Assembly (NCBI GenBank): GCA_015067145.1
Contig: SVNA01000008.1
Location: forward strand, 1,601-65,600
Source: Oscillospiraceae bacterium
Lineage (GTDB): Bacteria > Bacillota > Clostridia > Oscillospirales > Ruminococcaceae
Length of the DNA stretch: 64,000 bases
Direction of reading: 5' to 3'
Shown piece by piece: positions 36,391 to 44,948 of this stretch. The notes beneath the pieces are model-generated. The model did not search any database, was not told the origin of the DNA, and saw only the letters and a program-made list of their open reading frames with translations. The position numbers and the translations under genes were made by a program. Each line of letters opens with the position of its first letter. The stretch's first letter is position 1.

Positions 36391-37308
36391 TTATTCACCG
36401 TCTTCCAGACTGAAAAGTGTTTGTGCAAAGCTCTGGGCATCAAAGAGGAGCAGATCGTCTACGCCCTCGCCAACACCTACAAAACGCACAGGGATGCCCA
36501 GCTTTTTCTTGATGGAGATAACGCTGCCGCCCTTTGCTGTGCCGTCCAGCTTTGTGAGGATAATGCCTGTTGCTTCGGCAGCGGAGATAAACTCTTTTGC
36601 CTGGAAGATTGCGTTCTGACCTGTGATAGCTTCCAGAACAAGCAGAGTTTCAACAGAAGCTGTGTCGCTTGCCTTGCGGATTACACGGCTGATTTTGCCC
36701 AGTTCTGCCATAAGGTTTTTCTTGTTGTGAAGTCTGCCTGCTGTGTCGCAGATAACGATGTCATAGCCCTGATTTTTGCCTTTTTCCACCGCTTCAAAGA
36801 TAACCGATGCAGGGTCTGCACCCTCGTCGTGCATAACGATATCCACGCCGCTTCTTTCTGCCCACTGGCTGAGCTGGCTTGCCGCTGCAGCACGGAATGT
36901 ATCGCCTGCTGCAAGGAGAACCTTTTTGCCCTGGGATTTGTAGTAGTTTGCAAGCTTGCCGATGCTTGTTGTTTTGCCAACACCGTTTACACCGATGATA
37001 AGGATAACCGCAGGTGTGCCGGAAAGGTCAAACTCCTTGTCTGTGCTGAGCAGGTCAACAACTATATTCTGGAAGATTTTAACCACATCTTCGCCGCTTT
37101 TTGCTTTCTGCCTGCGTGCTTCTTTGCGAAGTTCTTCGCAGAGGTATTCGCTCACCTCGTAGCCAACATCTGCAAGTATAAGCTGTTCCAGCAGGTCATC
37201 GTACAGCTCGTCTGTGAGAGGAGATGAGATGATTGCCTTTGTGATGGAGTTGAAAACCCCTTCCTTTGTCTTTTTGAGGCCGAAGCCAAGTTTTTCAAAT
37301 AAACCCAT
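36391..37308 (-). CDS. ftsY: Signal recognition particle receptor FtsY
   Basis: 305 aa NG domain. GVNGVGKTTSIGKLA, DTAGR, TKLDGTAKGG motifs. Confidence 0.95.
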   Translation of the reverse strand: MGLFEKLGFGLKKTKEGVFNSITKAIISSPLTDELYDDLLEQLILADVGYEVSEYLCEELRKEARRQKAKSGEDVVKIFQNIVVDLLSTDKEFDLSGTPAVILIIGVNGVGKTTSIGKLANYYKSQGKKVLLAAGDTFRAAAASQLSQWAERSGVDIVMHDEGADPASVIFEAVEKGKNQGYDIVICDTAGRLHNKKNLMAELGKISRVIRKASDTASVETLLVLEAITGQNAIFQAKEFISAAEATGIILTKLDGTAKGGSVISIKKKLGIPVRFVGVGEGVDDLLLFDAQSFAQTLFSLEDGE

Positions 37309-37320
37309 ATTATAACCTCG

Positions 37321-40300
37321 CTAGTTGATAAGAGATGGTGACACATTGTTTACGTCCAGCTTGAGCAGTTTGGAGATGCCGTCTTCCTGCATTGTTACAC
37401 CATAGAGCACGTCGGCAGATTCCATTGTGCCGCGGCGGTGGGTGATAACGATAAACTGGGTTGTGTCGGATATATCGTGGAGATAGTTTGCGTATCTTGT
37501 AACGTTTGCATCGTCAAGAGCAGCCTCGATTTCGTCCAGAATACAGAATGGTGACGGGTTATGGGCAAGGATTGCAAAGTAGATGGAGATTGCAACCAGT
37601 GCCTGTTCGCCGCCTGAAAGGGCTGTGAGACTTTTGATAACCTTGCCCGGCGGGTTAACGCTGATGTCAACACCGCTTTCCAGAATATTTTCCGGGTCGG
37701 TGAGGATAAGCTTTGCACTGCCGCCGCCAAAGAGCTGGCGGAAGATTTTGCCAAAGTTTTCGTTGATGATGCCAAAGCTTTCGCTGAACATTGTCTTCAT
37801 CTCGCCGTTGAGGCTGGTGATAAGTTTCTGCAGCTGGTTTCTGGACTCTTCAAGGTCGTTCAGCTGTTCTTTGAGGTAGTTGTATTTTTCAAAAACTTCC
37901 CTGTATTCCTCGATTGCACCAACGTTTACGTTGCCAAGGCGTTTAATGTTTGCCTTTACTGCCGCAAGGTCTTTCTTCAGCTGATTTTCGTCTTCAAAGT
38001 CAAAGGCAAACTCTCTTGCTGTCTGCACTGTAAGCTCGTATTCTTCCCACAGTTTCTGGATGATATCATCGTAGCTCTGTTCCATATTTGCAATCTTTTC
38101 GCTGATTTTTGCAATCTGGGAGGAGAGTTCCATCTGCTGCTTACGCAGGGCATTTGTTTCGTTTGTAACCTCAATACGTTCTTTTTCAATTTCAAGACGG
38201 AGGGTTACAAAGTCTGCATTCTGCTGTTCGATATCCTTTATCTGCTGCTGCATATTGAGGATATCCTGTGCTTTTGTGCCTATTTCAACCTGTCTCTGTG
38301 CAATGCGGTTTCTGATTTCTTCTATCTCCAGAACAATATGTGCTTTACGCATTTCGCTCTGTGCACTCTGTGCGGAAAGCTGTGTGAGATTGTTCTGCAC
38401 AACGGTGATATCAGCATCTATGGACACCACATCAAATCTTATCTGCTGCAATGTTTCCATAAGAGCATCTTTTTTCTCTGCGTATTCGGCATCTGTTTCG
38501 CCAAGGGAAGTAAGCTGTACTGTTATCTCTGCCAGTTCTTTTTCATTTTCTGCAATAAGGCGGTAGAGAACGTTTTCCTTTTCCCTGTTTGCCTTTACAA
38601 CGCTGTCGCTGTTTTCGACAATGCCCTCATAAAGATAAATGCTGTCCCTGTACTGATTTTCCAGCTGTGTGTATTTTGCCAGTTCAACATTGCAGTTGTT
38701 TTTATCGTTCTGCATTGCTTCAATTTCTGCATTGCAGCCCTCAATCTGGCTGTTTATAAGGTCAAGGGAGTTCTGCACCTCAGCCTTTTCCTTTTCAATT
38801 CTGTCAAACTCTGCTTTGAGACCTGCCAGAGTATTTTTGAGCTTTTCAATCTCACCTTTTCTTGTAAACAGACCTGCACTTTTGCTTACGCTGCCGCCTG
38901 TAAAGGAGCCGCCTGCGTTTATCTGCTGCCCGTCTGTTGTAACAATTTTATATCTGTAGCCAAGCTGCTTTGCAAGGCGGGAGGCAGAGTTTATATCCTC
39001 TGTGATGATTGTTCTGCCAAGAAGATTGGAGATGATGTGGCTGTATTTCGCATCCGCATTTACAATTCTGTCTGCTGTGGTTGCCCAGTCAGGCAGGTTT
39101 TCGCTGAAATGTGATGCTTTTACCGTATCAAGTGGCAGGAAAGTTGCTCTGCCGCCGCGGTTGTTTTTGAGATATTCTATAGCATATTTGGCACAGGTTT
39201 CGTTTTCCACAACGATGTTCTGCAGGCCGTAGCCGAGGGCAATTTCTATAGCTGTTTCATAGCCTTTTTCCACAGATATAAGCTGTGCAACGGTGCCGAT
39301 GATGCCTTTGAGAGAACCGCTTCTGCCCATATTGAGCACAGTTTTTACACTCTGCTGGAAGCCCTCGAGGCTGTTTTCCATATCTGTGAGCAGTTTTACA
39401 CGGTTCTGTGTATCAATCTGTTTTTTGGTGTTTTCATTCTGCAGACTGAGATAATTGTCCATCCTGCTGCTGAAGGAGGAAAGCTTCATGCCCAGACCGT
39501 TTCTGATATTTGTGTTCTGGGTGATTTTACGCTGTGCCTCTTCGCTGAATGCGGTAAGCTCTGCAATCTGTGCCTGTGTGGTTTCAAGATAGCCCTTTGC
39601 TGTGAGCAGGTCCTGTTTTGCTTTGTTGGCAGTTTCCATAACAGATTCGTTCTGTGTGGAAAGCCCGTGGATTTCCATCTTGCTGTCCTGAATTTTGTTG
39701 ACAAGCTGGGTTTCCCGTCCAAGCAAAGCGCCTTTCTGGCTGTCAGCTTCCATAGCCTGACGGCCGAGCTCGTCAATTTCCAGCTCTGCTTTGTGCTGAT
39801 TTTCTGCAAGCAGTGCTTTTTGGGCTTTCATGTCTGCAAGGGAGGCTTCCAGCTGCTGTTTTTTGCTGTCAGCTTCTCCTTCAAGGCTTTCGTAAAGGCT
39901 GATTTCCTTTTCCAGTTCCTCTGCTTTGATGCCGTCGTACTGAATCTGGTTTTCAAAAACCGCTTTTTCACTGCCCGCCTGTGCAATCTGCTGCTCTATT
40001 GTACGGATTGTATTCTGGTTTTCTTCGCCTTTTCTGATAAGGTCGTTGCTTTCAAAATAGCGTTTTTCGATATAGCTTTCCTTTTCGGCGATTGTATTTT
40101 CCACACCGTCACAGTCGTTGCGGAAAATTTCCAGTCTTCTCTGCTGTTCCCGGATAAGAGATTTTGAGCGGTTCACGGTAGAGAGCCAGAGGGAGATTTC
40201 CATACCCTTTTTCTTCTCGCTGAGTGCAACAAATTCCTTTGCCTTTTTGCTCTCTTTTTCAAGAGGGCCAACGCGTTCTTCAAGGTTTATGAGAATATCA

Positions 40301-40878
40301 GACAGACGGGTAATATTGTCCTGTGCACCTGCCAGTTTCTTTTCCGCCTCGTTCTTTTTATATCTGAACTTTGAGATACCTGATGCTTCTTCAAAGATTT
40401 CGCGTCTGTTTTCAGGTTTTGCAGTAACAATCTGGCTGATTTTGCCTTGTCCTACAATGGAGTAGCCGCTTTTGCCCAGACCTGTGTCGAGGAAAAGTTC
40501 GTAAATATCCTTAAGTCTTACACGGTTGCCGTTGATAAAGTATTCGCCGTCGCCACCGCGGTAGTATTTTCTGGTTACGGAAACCTCGTCTGTATCCATA
40601 TCAAAGCTGCGGTCGGAGTTGTCAAGAATAAGGCTTACTGCAGCAAAGCCCATCGGGCCTCGCTGGCTTGTACCGCCGAAGATGATATCCTCCATCTTGC
40701 CTGCGGAACGCAGTTCCTTGCCGCTGGTTTCGCCCAGAACCCAGCGGATAGCGTCACTGATATTACTTTTGCCCGAACCGTTTGGACCGATAACCGCAGT
40801 CATGCCTTTGTCAAAGGCTATGCGGGTTTTGTCCGGGAAGGATTTAAAACCGTGAAGTTCTATAGCTTTTAAGTACAT
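37321..40878 (-). CDS. smc: Chromosome segregation protein SMC
   Basis: 1185 aa. N-terminal GPNGSGKSN Walker A, long coiled coils, central hinge, C-terminal LSGGEQAL signature and ILDEIEAALD Walker B. Confidence 0.97.
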   Translation of the reverse strand: MYLKAIELHGFKSFPDKTRIAFDKGMTAVIGPNGSGKSNISDAIRWVLGETSGKELRSAGKMEDIIFGGTSQRGPMGFAAVSLILDNSDRSFDMDTDEVSVTRKYYRGGDGEYFINGNRVRLKDIYELFLDTGLGKSGYSIVGQGKISQIVTAKPENRREIFEEASGISKFRYKKNEAEKKLAGAQDNITRLSDILINLEERVGPLEKESKKAKEFVALSEKKKGMEISLWLSTVNRSKSLIREQQRRLEIFRNDCDGVENTIAEKESYIEKRYFESNDLIRKGEENQNTIRTIEQQIAQAGSEKAVFENQIQYDGIKAEELEKEISLYESLEGEADSKKQQLEASLADMKAQKALLAENQHKAELEIDELGRQAMEADSQKGALLGRETQLVNKIQDSKMEIHGLSTQNESVMETANKAKQDLLTAKGYLETTQAQIAELTAFSEEAQRKITQNTNIRNGLGMKLSSFSSRMDNYLSLQNENTKKQIDTQNRVKLLTDMENSLEGFQQSVKTVLNMGRSGSLKGIIGTVAQLISVEKGYETAIEIALGYGLQNIVVENETCAKYAIEYLKNNRGGRATFLPLDTVKASHFSENLPDWATTADRIVNADAKYSHIISNLLGRTIITEDINSASRLAKQLGYRYKIVTTDGQQINAGGSFTGGSVSKSAGLFTRKGEIEKLKNTLAGLKAEFDRIEKEKAEVQNSLDLINSQIEGCNAEIEAMQNDKNNCNVELAKYTQLENQYRDSIYLYEGIVENSDSVVKANREKENVLYRLIAENEKELAEITVQLTSLGETDAEYAEKKDALMETLQQIRFDVVSIDADITVVQNNLTQLSAQSAQSEMRKAHIVLEIEEIRNRIAQRQVEIGTKAQDILNMQQQIKDIEQQNADFVTLRLEIEKERIEVTNETNALRKQQMELSSQIAKISEKIANMEQSYDDIIQKLWEEYELTVQTAREFAFDFEDENQLKKDLAAVKANIKRLGNVNVGAIEEYREVFEKYNYLKEQLNDLEESRNQLQKLITSLNGEMKTMFSESFGIINENFGKIFRQLFGGGSAKLILTDPENILESGVDISVNPPGKVIKSLTALSGGEQALVAISIYFAILAHNPSPFCILDEIEAALDDANVTRYANYLHDISDTTQFIVITHRRGTMESADVLYGVTMQEDGISKLLKLDVNNVSPSLIN

Positions 40879-40899
40879 CTGTTTTTCCTTTTGGTTAGT

Positions 40900-41895
40900 T
40901 TAATCTATTGTGAATTCACCTTTTGGCACCGCTGCATCTGCAACTATCTGCACATTCCAGCCCATGCTGCCGAGTGATTTTATATTGCTGTTTTTCTGAC
41001 CTTTCCACTGGGAAAGTTCTTTAGGGTTAACTTTTATTATATATTCTTCTCTGTGTATATTTGTTAACTGTCTTTTAATTTTGCAAAGACAGCGTCTTGC
41101 AAGGCACAGTTCCCTGAAAGCGGGATGATATGGCCCTGCCACAATCTTGCCCTCAAGCCCTGTATCGGCGTGGAGCCCCATCTTTATGATACGAATATTG
41201 TTTTCTTCGAAAATATCCATAAGCTGTGCACAGATATCCACCGTCTCTTCCAAAGTAGGCGGCGTATATTCACCATTTAAAAACTTTGTTTCCAGCAAAG
41301 TATTTTTAAGGGTAACTGTGGGGTATATACGCACTGTGTCGGGATTTAAACGCACAAACTTTTCCGCTGTATCAATGGCATACTCCATATAGTTTTTCTG
41401 CCCGTAGAGGCCTGTCATCATCTGCAGGCCAAGTGAAAAGCCGTACTGCTTTATAAGTGCCGATGCTTTGTTTACATCCTCCTGGGTATGTCCGCGGAGA
41501 TTGGCTTTAAGCACATCGTCCTGCATACTCTGGGCACCAAGCTCGATGCTGGTGACACCGTACTGCCTTAAAACATCCAGGATTTCGCCGCTGATACAGT
41601 CGGGGCGGGTGGAAATTCTTATTCCAGCCGCTCTTTTCTGCTGCACAAATGGATATGCCGCTTCCAGCAGACTTATCATATATTCCCTGTCTATTGCGGT
41701 GAAGCTGCCGCCGAAAAATGCAATTTCATAGTCAGCACCGTTTTCTTTTGGCAGAAATTCATCACACAGGGCTGTAACCTCTGCCGCTGCGGGCGGGTTC
41801 TGCGTACCGCTTATACTGCGTTGGTCACAGAAGGAACACTGGTTTGGACAGCCTGCGTGGGGAACAAATATTGACAGATTTTTATGTTTTGTCAT
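40900..41895 (-). CDS. Radical SAM protein (ELP3/MiaB-like core), unknown substrate
   Basis: 331 aa. CPNQCSFC (CX3CX2C) near the N-terminus. Located between rnc and smc. Confidence 0.8.
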   Translation of the reverse strand: MTKHKNLSIFVPHAGCPNQCSFCDQRSISGTQNPPAAAEVTALCDEFLPKENGADYEIAFFGGSFTAIDREYMISLLEAAYPFVQQKRAAGIRISTRPDCISGEILDVLRQYGVTSIELGAQSMQDDVLKANLRGHTQEDVNKASALIKQYGFSLGLQMMTGLYGQKNYMEYAIDTAEKFVRLNPDTVRIYPTVTLKNTLLETKFLNGEYTPPTLEETVDICAQLMDIFEENNIRIIKMGLHADTGLEGKIVAGPYHPAFRELCLARRCLCKIKRQLTNIHREEYIIKVNPKELSQWKGQKNSNIKSLGSMGWNVQIVADAAVPKGEFTID

Positions 41896-41910
41896 CTGCA
41901 GACACCCTTT

Positions 41911-42579
41911 TTAGCTGAAGTGGTAGCCCATAAGGCCCAAAGCTTCCTTCGCTGCCTGCTGTTCAGCCGCTTTTTTGCTTTTGCCTTCGCCGCTGCCGAT
42001 AGGATTGGAGTTGAGGTGAACCTCCACTGTAAAGCTCTTGTCGTGGTCAGGACCTTCTTCCTTTACCACTATATAGCTGAGGCGTTCGCCAGGGTTCTGC
42101 TGGATAATCTCCTGCAGAAGTGTTTTGTAGTCCTGCAGGTGAAGATTTTTATCGTTGAGAAAACGCAGGATAAATTTCTTTGCAGGTGCGATGCCGCCGT
42201 CGAGGAAAATTGCACCGATAAGTGCTTCAAAAGCATCTGCAAGGATGGATGGTCTCTCTCTGCCGCCTGTGTTTTCTTCCCCTTTGCCAAGGAACATAAA
42301 GCTGCCCAAAGCAATCTGCTTTGAATAGTTTGCCAGTGCGTCCTCGCAAACCAGTGCCGCACGGGTTTTGGACATTTTGCCCTCGGGCATATTCGGGTTT
42401 TCCTTGTACAGCTTTTCGCTTGTAACCAGCTGCAGCACAGCATCGCCCAGAAACTCCAGACGTTCGTTGTATGCAACGTGATTTTTGCTTTCGTTTGCAT
42501 AGGAAGAATGGGTGAGTGCAAGGTTAAGCAAGGATTTATCTTTAAAAGTATATTGAATATTCTGTTCAAATACCTTCAT
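41911..42579 (-). CDS. rnc: Ribonuclease III
   Basis: 222 aa. NERLEFLGDAVL signature and C-terminal dsRBD (GPDHDKSFTVEV...GEGKSKKAAEQQAA). Confidence 0.95.
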   Translation of the reverse strand: MKVFEQNIQYTFKDKSLLNLALTHSSYANESKNHVAYNERLEFLGDAVLQLVTSEKLYKENPNMPEGKMSKTRAALVCEDALANYSKQIALGSFMFLGKGEENTGGRERPSILADAFEALIGAIFLDGGIAPAKKFILRFLNDKNLHLQDYKTLLQEIIQQNPGERLSYIVVKEEGPDHDKSFTVEVHLNSNPIGSGEGKSKKAAEQQAAKEALGLMGYHFS

Positions 42580-42585
42580 AATTTT

Positions 42586-43587
42586 TTATTCTCCTTCGTT
42601 TACAAGTGAAGCTGCGATAACATCGGAAACATTGTTTTCGGCATAGATTTTTGCCTGTCTGATTGCGTTTTTGAATGCTTTTGCATTGCTGGAGCCATGT
42701 GCCTTGATAACACCCTTTGTAACACCGAGAATTGGTGCTCCGCCGTATTCTGTGTAGTCAAACTTTGCCTTGAACTCTTTCAGCTCATTTTTGAGCAGGA
42801 GGGCAGCCAGCATTGTTTTTGCGTTCTTTTTGAACATACCCTTGAGCATACCGTTCATAAAGCCTGCAACGCCCTCGCAGGTCTTGAGTGCGATATTGCC
42901 GCTGAAGCCATCTGCAACGATAACATCAGCAGAACCGTCCATAACATATCTGCCCTCGATGTTGCCGATAAAGTTGATGGATTTGTTTTCTCTGAGGAGA
43001 GCATTTGCCTCGATGTGCATTGGTGTGCCCTTTGTTTCCTCTGCTCCGTTGTTGAGCAGGGCAACTGCAGGATTTTTTACACCTGCAACCTTTTCCATAT
43101 AAACGGTGCCCATAACCGCAAACTGATTAAGCATATCTGCTCTCACCTCTGCGTTTGCACCGGAGTCTATAAGCATAAAGCCTGTGGATTTTTCGCAGGG
43201 CATAACCGTTGCAAGGGCTGCACGTTTCACACCTTTGATGCGTTTTACGATAAATGTTGCACCCATAAGCAATGCACCTGTGCTGCCTGCGGAAACCACA
43301 GCGTCGCCAAGGCCGTCTGCAAGTGCTTTCATAGCGATGTGCAGGGATGTTGTCTTGCGTTTTTTAACGATGTCCATCGGATCTTCGTGCATATCGAAAA
43401 CATCGTCTGCCTGAAGAAATTCCATACCTTCTGTGGAGATGGAGTTTTCTTCGCAAACCTTTTTCATCTTTTCGATATCGCCTACAGCGAGGATTTCCAC
43501 GCCGTATTCCTTTATTGCCTGCTGGGCACCTTTGAGTGGTTCAAGCGGTGCAAGGTCGCCGCCGAATGCGTCAAGAATAATTTTCAT
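42586..43587 (-). CDS. plsX: Phosphate acyltransferase PlsX
   Basis: 333 aa. MKIILDAFGGD N-terminus, SAGSTGA motif. Confidence 0.95.
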   Translation of the reverse strand: MKIILDAFGGDLAPLEPLKGAQQAIKEYGVEILAVGDIEKMKKVCEENSISTEGMEFLQADDVFDMHEDPMDIVKKRKTTSLHIAMKALADGLGDAVVSAGSTGALLMGATFIVKRIKGVKRAALATVMPCEKSTGFMLIDSGANAEVRADMLNQFAVMGTVYMEKVAGVKNPAVALLNNGAEETKGTPMHIEANALLRENKSINFIGNIEGRYVMDGSADVIVADGFSGNIALKTCEGVAGFMNGMLKGMFKKNAKTMLAALLLKNELKEFKAKFDYTEYGGAPILGVTKGVIKAHGSSNAKAFKNAIRQAKIYAENNVSDVIAASLVNEGE

Positions 43588-43655
43588 AGTTTACATTCTC
43601 CTTATTTATCTGAAAAGGGTTATGTTGTCTGTCTTATATAAGCACATTCGCTGAG

Positions 43656-44948
43656 TTACAGCCGGATTTTGTCGATATCCGCTCTGCCGCGAAGTGCCAG
43701 TGCCATATATCTTTCGCGTTTGTCACGGATGTGGTTTTCCAGCGGTGGAAGGACACCCATATTGGAGCCCATAGGCTGGAAATCCTTGTTTTCTGTTGTG
43801 ATGTAGTTAAGCAGTGCACCAACCATTGTTGTGGTTTCGGGAATCTGCGGTTCTTTGCCTGTGAGACGGCAGTGTACAAAATACGCCGCCAGGAGACCGC
43901 ACATCGCACTTTCTGTATAACCTTCCATACCTGTAATCTGACCTGCAAAGTAAACGTTAGGATATTCTTTCAGGTTCAGTGTCTTGCTGAGCACTACAGG
44001 GCTGTTGATAAAGCTGTTGCGGTGCATTACGCCGTAACGTGCAAACTCGGCATTTTCAAGACCGGGAATCATGCGGAACACACGCTTCTGTTCGCCAAAT
44101 TTGAGGTTTGTCTGGAAGCCTACAATGTTGTACATTGTTTTGTTTGCATCTTCACATCGCAACTGAACGTTTGCCCACGGACGTCTGCCTGTTTTAGGGT
44201 CACGCAGACCGACAGGTCGCATAGGACCAAAACGCATTGTATCTGCCCCGCGGGAAGCCATAACCTCAATGGGCATACAGCCCTCGTAAACTGTGAGCTC
44301 CTGTTCAAAATCCTTGAGAGGTGCTCTTTCGGCAGATGCAAGTGCCTCGTAAAAAGCCTCGTACTCTTCCTTGCTGAAAGGGCAGTTGAGATAGTCATCG
44401 TCCCCTTTGTCATAGCGGCTCTGGGCAAAAACCTTGTCCATATCGATGCTGTCTGCCATAACGATAGGGGCTGCTGCATCGTAAAAACTCATGCCGTCGC
44501 CGCACATTGTCTTGATGTGGCTGTACAGAGTGCCGCTTGTGAGCGGGCCTGTAGCGATGATGGTGATTTCGTCCTTGTTTATCTCGGTAACTTCGCCGTA
44601 AACAAGCTCTATATTTTCGTGATTTTTTATTTTGTCTGTAATAATACGGCTGAAGATATCCCTGTCAACCGCCAGTGCACCGCCTGCAGGAACGTTGCAC
44701 TGGTATGCTGCTTCCAGCACAATGGAGCCAAAGTGCTTCATCTCGTATTTCAGCATACCCTGGCTGGAATCCTCTCTCATGGATTTGAGGCTGTTGGAGC
44801 ACACCAGCTCGGCAAAGTTTTCTGATTTGTGGGCATCGGAATATTTTACAGGTTTCTGCTCAAAGAGTCGTACCTTTACCCCTCTTTTTGCCAGAAAGTA
44901 TGCCGCCTCGCAGCCGGCAAGACCTGCACCTATAACATTAACCTTCAT
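43656..44948 (-). CDS. trmFO: Methylenetetrahydrofolate--tRNA-(uracil54-C5)-methyltransferase TrmFO
   Basis: 430 aa. VIGAGLAGCEAA FAD-binding motif, typical TrmFO/Gid length. 11 nt overlap with the topA 3' end. Confidence 0.93.
   Translation of the reverse strand: MKVNVIGAGLAGCEAAYFLAKRGVKVRLFEQKPVKYSDAHKSENFAELVCSNSLKSMREDSSQGMLKYEMKHFGSIVLEAAYQCNVPAGGALAVDRDIFSRIITDKIKNHENIELVYGEVTEINKDEITIIATGPLTSGTLYSHIKTMCGDGMSFYDAAAPIVMADSIDMDKVFAQSRYDKGDDDYLNCPFSKEEYEAFYEALASAERAPLKDFEQELTVYEGCMPIEVMASRGADTMRFGPMRPVGLRDPKTGRRPWANVQLRCEDANKTMYNIVGFQTNLKFGEQKRVFRMIPGLENAEFARYGVMHRNSFINSPVVLSKTLNLKEYPNVYFAGQITGMEGYTESAMCGLLAAYFVHCRLTGKEPQIPETTTMVGALLNYITTENKDFQPMGSNMGVLPPLENHIRDKRERYMALALRGRADIDKIRL

Noticed and set aside
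37321-40878. SMC (and AddAB at 50507-57203) considered as possible defence modules (Wadjet/Lamassu-like SMC systems, or helicase-nuclease defence pairs)
   Set aside because: SMC lies in the canonical rnc-smc-ftsY housekeeping context, with ScpA/ScpB elsewhere in the window. AddA/AddB have the standard sizes, motifs and overlap of the recombination-repair enzyme. No accessory defence partners are adjacent.
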